Source: Zygnema circumcarinatum SAG 698-1b (taxonomy: Eukaryota; Plantae; Zygnematophyceae). From it: a stretch of 64,000 nt of DNA. The stretch spans positions 434,001-498,000 of the forward strand of contig CM074823.1 in assembly GCA_037447605.1 (NCBI GenBank). The letters are read 5' to 3'. The notes under the pieces are model-generated. The model was not told where the DNA came from and ran no database searches. It saw only the letters and a program-made list of their open reading frames with translations. Every line of letters begins with the position of its first letter. Positions within the stretch are counted from its first letter, which is position 1. Positions 34,980 to 56,400 of the stretch are shown in pieces. The translations under genes and the position numbers were made by a program.

Positions 34980-37116
34980 ATGGCTTCCCCTTCCTCCTCT
35001 CCCTCTCCCTCTCCCTCTCCCTCCCCCTCCTTCCCTCCCTACGACCGCATCTCCGTCTCCCTCCCCTTCCCCGACGTCGCCCTCATCTCCTTCTCCCGCC
35101 CGCATGTGCGCAACGCCATGGATTCCGCCACGTACACCCAGCTCGCCTCCGCCCTCACCTCTGCCTCCCTCTCCCCCTCCCTCCGCGCCGTCATCCTCAC
35201 CGGCCATGGCTCCTTCTTCACCGCCGGCGCCGACATCTCCGAGGCCGACCTCCCCTCCTACCGCGCCGCCATGGTCGACCCCTCCTCCGCCCCCGTCGGC
35301 CTCTTCATGCTCTCCGTCCTCCGCTTCCCGAAGCTTCTCTTCGCTGCCGTCAACGGGCCAGCTGTCGGCATAGGAGTCACTCTCCTCCCTCACTGTGACG
35401 TCAGCTGGGCCGCTGATGAAGTCACCTTCTGGACCCCCTTTGTACGGCTGGCCGTTGTGCCCGAATTTTGTTCCAGTGTGACCTTTCCGCGGCTGATGGG
35501 TGCGGCTACCGCAGGGGAGGTGCTGCTAGCGGGGAGGCGGCTGGGGGCGCAGGAGGGGCGGGACCTGGGGCTGGTGGCGGACGTGCTGCCGAAGGAGGGG
35601 TTTTTGGAAGGTGGGGGCGAGAGGGTGAGGGTTAGGGTTTAGGGTTTCTGAAAGGTGGGGCCGAGAAGGTGGAGGTTAGGGATTAGGGTTTAGGGTTTCT
35701 GGAAGGTGGGGGCGAGGGGGTGAGGGCTTAGAGTTTAAGGTTTGGGGTTTGAGGTGAAGGATTTGGGGTTTGGGGTTTGGGTTGGAGGGTTTGGGGTTTA
35801 GGGCTGGTTTAGAGTTTTGGGTGGAGGGTTTGGCGTTTGGGGTTTGGGTTTGGGGTTTGGGGTTTGGGGTTTAGGGTTTGGGTTCGGGGTTTAGGCTTTG
35901 GGGTTTAAGGTTTAGGGTTTGGGGTACAGGGTTTGGGGTTTCTGGAAGGTGAGAGAGAGGGGTTTGGGGTTTAGGGTTTAGGGTTGGGACTTAGGTTTTG
36001 GGGTTTGGGAGGGGGTTAGAGTTTGGGAATTAGGGTTTAGGGTTCGGGATTTGGGGTGTTAGTGCTAATGGTTCAGGGCTGAGGGCTAAGGACATAGGGT
36101 TTAGGGTTTTCATGTTTTTAGGTTTCTGATTTTTCTGGTTGTGGGTTTTGGCGTTTTCAGTTTTCGAGATTTTCGGGTTTAGGGTTTTTAAGTTTTTTTG
36201 GGTTTTGGGGTATTGTAGGATTTCTAGGGTTTTGGAATTTTTTATTTTTGGTGGTTTTTTAAGGTCTTAGGAGTTCAGCGTTCAGAGAAGATCGCAGATG
36301 ATGGGAGAGGGAGAAATTGCACATCCCATATTCCGTGATTTCTCACTCCTTTTCCATTTTCTTTCCGTTTCTGAATCCCACTCTCTCCCTCTCCTCTCTC
36401 CCTCTCCTCTCTCCCTCTCCTCTCTCCCTCCTATCTCCCTCCCCTCTTCGTCTCTCCCTCACCTCTTTCTCCCCCTCACTTCCTGTTCTCCGCCTCCCTC
36501 TCTCCCTCTCCCCTCCCGTCCCCTCTCTTTTTCCACTCCATCCTATCTCTCTCGCTTTCTCCTCTCTCCACCACCTCTTTCTCCCCCTCTCTCCCCCTCG
36601 CTTCTCGTTCTCCGCCTCCCACTATCCCTCTCCCCTCTCCTTCCCTCTCTCCTTCCTCTCCCTCCTATCTCCCTCGCTTTCTCCCCTCTCCACCACCTTT
36701 TTCTCCCCCTCCCTCTCTGCCTTCCCTCCCCCTCCCCCTCCCCCTCCCCCTCCCCCACTTTCTCTCCCCTGCCCCTCTCTCGCCCTCGTCCCTTTCCTCC
36801 CCTTCCCCTCTCTCTCTCTCCCTCTCTCTCTTTCTCTCCCTCCCTCTCTCTCTCTTCTCTCTCTCTCTCCTCTCTCTCTCCTGCAGCGGTGTTCGATCGA
36901 GTCCGCAAAATTCTCGACCAGCCCATGGCTGAAAGTTCCCTCCCCCTCTTCAAAAAAATGCTCAAAAAACCTTTCGCTGCGGAACTTGAAGCCGCGTTTC
37001 GGTATGAAATGGAGGAGCTCGGAAAGCGTTCAGTGAAGGGAGAGACGAGCCGAGCTGTCGCGCTGCTATTGGCCGAGAGGAAGGCGGAGAGTAAAGCGCT
37101 GAAAAGTAAACTTTAA
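34980..37116 (+). CDS. Peroxisomal enoyl-CoA delta isomerase (crotonase fold, ECI2-like), 2 exons
   Basis: Exon 1 34980-35610: RNAMD, VILTGHGSFFTAGADI, FPKLLFAAVNGPAVGIGVTLLPHCD, TPFVRLAVVPEFCSS. Exon 2 36887-37116 ends ...ALKSKL* (PTS1). GT-AG intron in phase 1. Confidence 0.92.
35611..36260 (+). repeat. Intronic degenerate (TTTAGGG/TTTGGGG)n interstitial telomere-like tract
   Basis: Begins at the ECI donor. Similar tracts occur at ~9760-9920, 22140-22400, 23480-23620, 39520-39775 and 61320-61650. Confidence 0.85.
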
Positions 37117-38164
37117 AGGTGAACTTTGACGAGAGTTCACTTTGACGTTGACTTTTGAGTCTCTCAAAACTAAAGCTTGAAGGTTAACTTTGACGAGAGT
37201 TGACTTTGAACTTGACTGACGAGAGTTGACTTTGAACTTGACTTTGGAGTCTCTCAAAAATAACTTCAAGGTTAACTTTGAAGAGAGTCACGACAAGATC
37301 TGGGTACCCATTTTTTTTTTTTAGATTATCGAAAAGAGAGAAGGAAGAGTTCTGCATCGTTTTTTCAATTTTTGAGGAGGACAGGCGGAGGCGAAGACAG
37401 GTCGTCCGTTAATTTTTTGCTTTCCCTTCCCCCTCCATTTTTTTTTTGGTTCTTTCGGTTGGCCCTAGACATGGGTTTGGGCAGCTTTTTCAAGACTTTT
37501 CATAGTGTATTTTTTGTATTTGTAAGTGAGAAATTGGGAAGGTGAAAGAGAGTGGGGGAGAGAGTGAGAGCGTGAGAGACACAGAGAGAGGGGGAGAGAG
37601 AGAGAGGGAGAGAGAGGGTGAAAGAGAGAGTTGGGGGGAGAGAGAGCGGGAGAGACAGAGAGTGAGGGGGAGAGAAAGTGAGAGAGAGAGGGAGGAGAGA
37701 GATGCCAGTGAGTGGCATCCTTGTATATAGAAATGCAACATTGGTGCAAATTGGAATACAAGTCAAAGGCACTACTCTTCCAAACCCCTTCTCTATATTC
37801 CTATTCTTGATCTGTTTTTTTTTTGTTCTCTGAAAGCTAATAATAACTTAATTTGAGGGGGACGTAAATGGGCTTTTCAACACCAAACTCGATTTCTTTT
37901 TTCTATCCAAAAAACGTTCAAAATAAATAATAAAAGGGCCGTCCTCCCTCTCTTATCGCTACATATAAAAATGAAAAAAATACAAAAAAAAAATCGCTCA
38001 GCTTTAAGCGCTGCTTCTCTGCAACGCTTCTTTAACTTTTATTCTCTCTCCTACCCCTCTCTCCTAATGCTTCCTTTCCTTCAAAAAATTTGCGAAAATC
38101 TAACCGTAAACAGAAGTATCACTTGTCTGACGATACAATAAGAAAATAAAGCAAAAAAAAAAAT

Positions 38165-48491
<10,327 letters not shown>

Positions 48492-48589
48492 CTGCAAAAC
48501 GGGGAATGGAAAAAATTGCAAGTTTTTAGGGTTTTGGAAGTGTCAAAGGGTTTAGGGTTTTAGCCACGCGGAGAGAGAGTCAGTAGTCT

Positions 48590-49735
48590 AAGTCAACCAG
48601 GTCAACTGAGTCATGCAAGTCAAGTGAGTCGGCAAAGTCAGCCGAGTCAAGCGAGTCAATCAAGTCATCAAAGTCACCAAAGTCAAGCAAGTCAATTGAA
48701 CCAATCGAGTCAACCACGTCTTCCAGTCAACAAAGTCAACCGACTCAATCAAGTCACCAAGGTCAACCAAATCAATTGAGCCAAATGAACCAACCAAGTC
48801 ATCAATGTCAACCACGTCCACCCAGCCAACCGAGTCAACCTCGTCAACCCAGTCAACCAAGTCAACCCAGTCAACCACGTCAACTCAACCAACCTCGTCA
48901 ACCACATCAACCCAGTCAACCAAGTCAACCAAGTCAACCACGTCAACTCAGCCAACCTCGTCAACCTGCCAACCCAGCCAACCTCAACCCCCAACCCTCA
49001 ACCTGCGCCACCCGGAGGCCAACCCAAGCCAACCGAGTCGCCTGCCAACGCACGCGACGCAGCGGGAAGTACCCATCGGGTAGACCGGGCTGGACGCTGA
49101 GCATGCTGTAGCCCCGCCTCCACGCTTCTACGGAACGCGGGATCCAAGACGCAGCCGCCGCCCCCAGTCCCGCCCCTGTGAGCTTCTTGAGCCAATAGCT
49201 ATCCCCGTGAAATTTTACCACGCAGAAGGATGCGGGTCCAACTGCTTGGGCACACAGCTCTGCCCTCGCTATAGCTACCAAGCAGGTGATTTCACCTGAA
49301 CATGGGGAAAATGGAAGGAGAAGGACAGCTGAGCAGCTGAGCAGCGAGCAGGCCGAGCAGCCGAGCAGGCCGAGCAGGCCGAGCAGCCAGCCAGCCAGCC
49401 AGCTGACAGCCGTGACAGCCAGCCACAAAATGGCCAGCCTACAGCCTATTTTACAAATGGCTAAATGAGCAGCCGAAATGGCTGTGCCAGCCATAGCCGG
49501 CTAGCTAAATTTTATTAAATATGCCACAAAATACAGCCTAAAATTTACGCATAGCCGGCTGCGCCACAGCCTGGCTGCGCCTTACAGCCTTACATAGCTT
49601 ACAGGCCAGCTTACAGTTTTACAGCTTAAGGCCGGAATGGCTAGCCTACAGCCAAAAGACCTGTGCCACAGCCAGCCAGTTTACAGCCAGCCGTGATTTT
49701 AAATTGCAGCCAGGCCCAGCCAGGCCAGGCCTGAG
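48590..49735. mobile_element. Possible transposon-derived insert (GTCAAC(C) and CAGCC subrepeats, GC-rich core)
   Basis: Composition differs from the neighbouring introns. Dense short direct repeats resemble TE subterminal repeats and the region ends in CAGGCCTG. No matching second TIR or TSD found. Confidence 0.3.
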
Positions 49736-50449
49736 TGTTTGAGGGTTTTGCTGCTGGGGGGTATTGGGTGGCTGGGGTTTTAGGCTCTTGGGGTTTTAGG
49801 GGTTTTGTGTTTTGGGGTTTTGACAGTTTTTGGGGTGTTGCGTTTTTGGAGAGGTATGGTCAAGCTAGACCCTACAGCCTAAACCCTGACCCCTAACCCC
49901 TAAAACCCCTAAATCCTACCCCCTAACCCCTACCCCCTACCCCCCTACCCCCCTACCCCTACCCCTGCCCCCACACCCCCTAGTACTCCCCCCTACCCCC
50001 TACTCCCCCACCCCCCACCCCCACCCCTACTCCCCCTACTCCCCTACCCCTACCCCTACCCCACCCCCCACCCCTACCCCCCACCCCCTACCCCAGTACC
50101 CCCTACCCCCTACCCCCCACCCCCTACCCCCTACCCCCACCCCTACCCCCCACTCCCCTACCCCCACCCCACCCCTACCCCTACCCCCCCACCCCCACCC
50201 CCTACCCCCTGCACCCCCTACCCCCTGGCTCCCCTACCCCTACCCCCTACCCCCCACCCCCCCACCCCCTACCCCCCTACCCCTACCTCCCTACTCCCAA
50301 ATTCCCCATCCCCCTACCCTCCCCTACCCCTCCCTCCCCTACCCCCTACCCTCCCACTACCCCATCCCCCTACCCTCCCCCTACCCTCCCCCTACCCCTC
50401 CCCCTACCCCTAAACCTCTAAACCCAAACCCTAAAACTCCTAAAATCCT

Positions 50450-53400
50450 TGGGATGTACCCTGATGTGACCCTCACCGAAGTTCAGTCCCTCAGTCCCCC
50501 TATCCCTTAAAACCCTAAAACTCCTGTATCTCTACTGAGTTCCAGTCCCTGAGTCCCCCTACCCTCTTTAAACCCCTAAAACCTGCATTCCCACGAGTTT
50601 CCTGTAGTCCCCGAGTCCCCTATCCCTTAAACTCCTAAACTCCTAGACTCCTACTGAGTTCCAGCCAGTCCCTGAGTCCCCTGGTATCCCTTAAACCTCT
50701 AAAACCCCTAGGACTCTTACTGAGTTCCAGTCCCTGAGTCCCCCTATCCCTTTAAACCCCAAACCCTAGACCTCTACTGAGTTCCCCAGTCCCTGAGTCC
50801 CCTATCCCTTTAAACCCTAAACCCTAGACCCTACTGAGTTCCAGTCCCTGAGTCCCTATCCCTAAACCTCTAAACCCTAGACCCTTACTGAGTTCCAGTC
50901 CCTGAGTCTCTGTATCCCTTAAACCCTAAACTCCTAGACCTTTACTGAGTTCCAGTCCCTAGAGTCCCCTATCCCTAAAACCCTAAAACTCCTAGACCCT
51001 ACTGAGTTCCAGTCCTCAGAGTCCCCTTGTATCCCAAACCCTAAACCCTTAGACCCTACTGAGTTCCAGTCCCTGAGTCCCCTATCCCTTAAACCCCAAA
51101 CGGGACCCTTACCGAGTTCCAGTCCCTGACTCCCCCCTCTCCCTTAACCCCTAAACCCTAGACCCTTACCGAGTTCCAGTCCCTGAGTCCCCCCTATCCC
51201 TTACCGAGTTCCAGTCCCTGAATCCCTTAAACCCTAGACCCTTACCGAGTTCCAGTCCCTGAGTCCCCCCTATCCCTTAAACCCTAAACCCTAGACCCTT
51301 ACCGAGTTCCAGTCCCTGAGTCCCCCCTATCCCTTAAACCCTAAACCCTAGACCCTTACCGAGTTCCAGTCCCTGAGTCCCCCCTATCCCTTAAACCCTA
51401 AACCCTAGACCCCTTACCGAGTTCCAGTCCCTGAGTCCCCCCTATCCCTTAAACCCTACCCTAGACCCTTACCGAGTTCCAGTCCCTGAGTCCCCCCTAT
51501 CCCTTAAACCCTAAACCCTAGACCCTTACCGAGTTCCAGTCCCTGAGTCCCCCCTATCCCTTAAACCCTAAACCCTAGACCCTTACCGAGTTCCAGTCCC
51601 TGAGTCCCCCCTATCCCTTAAACCCTAAACCCTAGACCCTTACCGAGTTCCAGTCCCTGAGTCCCCCCTATCCCTTAAACCCTAAACCCTGGACCCTTAC
51701 CGAGTTCCAGTCCCTGAGTCCCCCCTATCCCTTAAACCCTAAACCCTAGACCCTTACCGAGTTCCAGTCCCTGAGTCCCCCCTATCCCTTAAACCCTAAA
51801 CCCTAGACCCTTACCGAGTTCCAGTCCCTGAGTCCCCCCTATCCCTTAAACCCTAAACCCTAGACCCCCTTAGTCCCTGAGTCCCCCCTTCCCTTACAAA
51901 CCCTAAACCCTAGACCCTTACCGAGTTCCAGTCCCTGAGTCCCCCCTATCCCTTAAACCCTAAACCCTAGACCGAGTTCCAGTCCCTGAGTCCCCCCTAT
52001 CCCTTAAACCCTAAACCCTAGACCCTTACCGAGTTCCAGTCCCTGAGTCCCCCCTATCCCTTAAACCCTAAACCCTAGACCCTTACCGAGTTCCAGTCCC
52101 TGAGTCCCCCCTATCCCTTAAACCCTAAACCCTAGACCCTTACCGAGTTCCAGTCCCTGAGTCCCCCCTATCCCTTAAACCCTAAACCCTAGACCCTTAC
52201 CGAGTTCCAGTCCCTGAGTCCCCCCTATCCCTTAAACCCTAAACCCTAGACCCTTACCGAGTTCCAGTCCCTGAGTCCCCCCTATCCCTTAAACCCTAAA
52301 CCCTAGACCCTTACCGAGTTCCAGTCCCTGAGTCCCCTATCCTTAAACTTAAACCCTATTCCTACTGAGTTCCAGTCCCTGAGTCCCTATCCCTTAAACT
52401 CCTAAACCCTAGACTCCTTACTGAGTTCCAGTCCCTGAGTCCCCCTATCCCTAAACTCCTAAACTCCCTAGACTCCTACTGAGTTCCAGTCCCTGAGTCC
52501 CCCTATCTCCCTTTAAAACTCCTAAACTCCTAGACCCTTACTGAGTTCCAGTCCCTGGAGTCCCCTCTACCTTTTAAACCCTAAACCTGACCCTACTGAG
52601 TTCCAGTCCCTGAGTCCCTCTCTATCCCTTAAACCTCCTAAACCCTAGGACTCCTTACTGAGTTCCAGTCCCTGAGTCCCCTATCCTCCTAAAACCCCTA
52701 AAACCCTAGACTCCTTACTGAGTTCCAGCGTCCCTGAGTCCCCTATCCCTAAAACCCTAAACCCTAGACCCTTACCGAGTTCCAGTCCCTGAGTCCCCCC
52801 TATCCCTTAAACCCTAAACCCTAGTCCCCCCTATCCCTTAAACCCTAAACCCTAGACCCTTACCGAGTTCCAGTCCCTGAGTCCCCCCTATCCCTTAAAC
52901 CCTAAACCCTAGACCCTTACCGAGTTCCAGTCCCTGAGTCCCCCCTATCCCTTAAACCCTAAACCCTAGACCCTTACCGAGTTCCAGTCCCTGAGTCCCC
53001 CCTATCCCTTAAACCCTAAACCCTAGACCCTTACCGAGTTCCAGTCCCTGAGTCCCCCCTATCCCTTAAACCCTAAACCCTAGACCCTTACCGAGTTCCA
53101 GTCCCTGAGTCCCCCCTATCCCTTAAACCCTAAACCCTAGACCCTTACCGAGTTCCAGTCCCTGAGTCCCCCCTATCCCTTAAACCCTAAACCCTAGACC
53201 CTTACCGAGTTCCAGTCCCTGAGTCCCTCCTTGTATCCCTTAAAACCCTAAAATCCCTAGACCTCCTACTGAGTTCCAGTCCCTGAGTCCCCTATCCCAA
53301 ACCCTAAACCTCAGGACCCTTACTGAGTTCCAGTCCCTGAGCCTCCCTATCCCTTTAAACCCTAAAACTCCTAGACTCCTTACTGAGTTCCAGTCCCTGA

Positions 53401-56400
53401 GTCCCCCCTATCCCTTAAACCCTAAACCCTAGACCCTTACCGAGTTCCAGTCCCTGAGTCCCCCTATCCCTTAAACCCTAAACCCTAGACACCTTACCGA
53501 GTTCCAGTCCCTGAGTCCTCTCTATCCCTTAAACTCCTAAACCCTAGACCCTACTGAGTTCCAGTCCCTGAGTCCCCATCTCCTAAAACCCTGTAAACTC
53601 CTAGACCCTGGGCCGAGAGTTCCAGTCCCTGAGTCCCCCCTATCCCTTATCCCCTTACCCCCGACCCTTACCGCGTTCCAGTCCCTGAGTCCCCCCTATC
53701 CCCTCGACCCTAAACCCTAGACCCTTACCGAGTTCCAGTCCCTGAGTCCCCCCTATCCCTTAAACCCTAAACCCTAGACCCTTACCGAGTTCCAGTCCCT
53801 GAGTCCCCCCTATCCCTTAAACCCTAAACCCTAGACCCTTACCGAGTTCCAGTCCCTGAGTCTCCCCTATCCCTTAAACCCTAAACCCTAGACCCTTACT
53901 GAGTTCCAGTCCCTGAGTCCCCTGTATCCCTTAAAACCCTAAACCCTGTATTCCTGCCTGAGTTCCAGTCCTGAGTCCCCCTATCCCTTAAACCCAAAAC
54001 CCTAGACCCTACTGAGTTCCAGTCCCTGAGTCCCCCTATCCCTAAACCCTAAACCTAGACCCTACTGAGTTCCAGTCCCTGAGTCCCCCTATCCTTTAAA
54101 CCCTAAACCTCTAGACTCCTTACTGAAGTTCCCAGTCCCTGAGTCCCCTATCCCTTAAAACCCTAAACCCCAGGACCTCTACTGAGTTCCAGTCCCTGAG
54201 TCCCTCTCTCTATCCCTGTAAACCCTAAACTCCTAGACCTCTACTGAGTTCCAGTCCCTGAGTCCCCCCTATCCCTTAAACCCTAAACCCTAGACCCTTA
54301 CCGAGTTCCAGTCCCTGAGTCCCCCCTATCCCTTAAACCCTAAACCCTAGACCCTTACCGAGTTCCAGTCCCTCAGGCCCCCCGATCCCTTAAACCCTAA
54401 ACTCTAGACCCTTACCGAGTTCCAGTCCCTGAGTCCCCCCTATCCCTTAAACCCTAAACCCTAGACCCTTACCGAGTTCCAGTCCCTGAGTCCCCCCTAT
54501 CCCTTAAACCCTAAACCCTAGACCCTTACCGAGTTCCAGTCCCTGAGTCCCCCTCTATCCCTTAAACCCTAAACCCTAGACCCTTACCGAGTTCCAGTCC
54601 CTGAGTCCCCCCTATCCCTTAAACCCTAAACCCTAGACCCTTACCGAGTTCCAGTCCCTGAGTCCCCCCTATCCCTTAAACCCTAAACCCTAGACCCTAC
54701 TGAGTTCCAGTCCCTGGAGTCCCCTCTATCCCTAAACCCTAAAACCCTAGACTCCTACTGAGTTCCAGTCCCTGAGTCCCCTATCCCTAAACCCTAAACC
54801 CTAGGACTCCTTACTGAGTTCCAGTCCCTGAGTCCTCTCTATCCTTAAACCCTAAATCCCTAGACTCTACTGAGTTCCAGTCCCTGAGTCCCTATCCCTA
54901 AACCCTAAACTCCTAGGACCCTTACTGAGTTCCAGTCCCTGAGTCCTCTCATCCCTAAAACCCTAAAACCCTAGACTCCTACTGAGTTCCAGTCCCTGAG
55001 TCCCCCTGTATCCCTTAAACCCTAAACCCTAGACCCTTACTGAAAGTTCCAGTCCCTGAGTCCCTCCCCTATCCCCTAAACCCTTTAAACCCTAGACTCC
55101 TTACTGAGTTCCAGTCCCTGAGTCCCCCTATCCCTTTAAACTCCTAAACCCTAGACACTTACCGATCTCCATTCCCAGAGTACACCCGATCACTTAAACA
55201 CTCATCACTAGACCCTTACCGAGTTCCAGTCCCTGAGTCCCCCCTATCCCTTAAACCCTAAACCCTACACCCTTACCGAGTTCCCGTCCCCGACTCCCCC
55301 CTATCCCTTAAACCCTAAACCCTACACCCTTACCGAGTTCCAGTCCCCCGACCCCCCCCTATCCCTTCAACCCTAAACCCTACACCCTTACCGAGTTCCA
55401 GTCCTGAGCCCCCCTATCCCTTAAACCCTAAACCCTAGACCCTTACCGAGTTCCAGTCCTCCTGAGTCCCTATCCCTTAAACCCTAAACCCTAGACTCCT
55501 ACTGAGTTCCAGTCCCTGAGTCCCCCTATCCCTTAAACCCTTAAACCGACCCTACTGAGTTCCAGTCCCTGAGTCCCTATCCCTAAAACCCAAACTCCCT
55601 AGACCCTTAAGTACTGAGTTCCAGTCCTGAGTCCTCTATCCCTTAAACCCTAAACCCTAGACTCCCTACTGAGTTCCAGTCCCTGAGTCCCTATCCCTTA
55701 AACTCCTAAACCCTAGACCCTTACTGAGTTCCAGCCCCTGAGTCCCCTATCCCTTAAACCCTAAACCCTAGACCCTACCGAGTTCCAGTCCCTGAGTCCC
55801 CCTGTATCCCTAAACCCTAAACTCCTAGGACTCCTTACTGAGTTCCAGTCCTGAGTCCCTATCCCTTTAAACCCTAAACCCTAGACTCCTACTGAGTTCC
55901 AGTCCCTGAGTCCTATCCCTTAAACCCTAAAACCCTAGACTCCTTACCGAGTTCCAGTCCCTGAGTCCCCCCTATCCCTTAAACCCTAAACCCTAGACCC
56001 TTACCGAGTTCCAGTCCCTGAGTCCCCCCTATCCCTTAAACCCTAAACCCTAGACCCTTACCGAGTTCCAGTCCCCGAGTCCCCCCTAACCCTGAAACCC
56101 TAAACCCTAGACCCTTACTGAGTTCCAGTCCCTGAGTTCCCTCTTATCCCTAAACTTAAACTCCTAGACTTACTGAGTTCCAGTCCCTGAGTCCCTATCC
56201 CTTAAACCCTAAACCCTAGAACCTTACCGAGTTCCAGTCCCTGAGTCCCCCCTATCCCTTAAACCCTAAACCCTAGACCCTTACCGAGTTCCAGTCCCTG
56301 AGTCCCCCCTATCCCTTAAACCCTAAACCCTAGACCCTTACCGAGTTCCAGTCCCTGAGTCCCCCCTATCCCTTAAACCCTAAACCCTAGACCCTTACCG

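Noticed and set aside
48961-49494. Missing C-terminal papain exon (because of 'DSYWLKK')
   Set aside because: No catalytic His context or NSWG, and phase-0 splicing at the apparent acceptor hits a stop within 7 codons.
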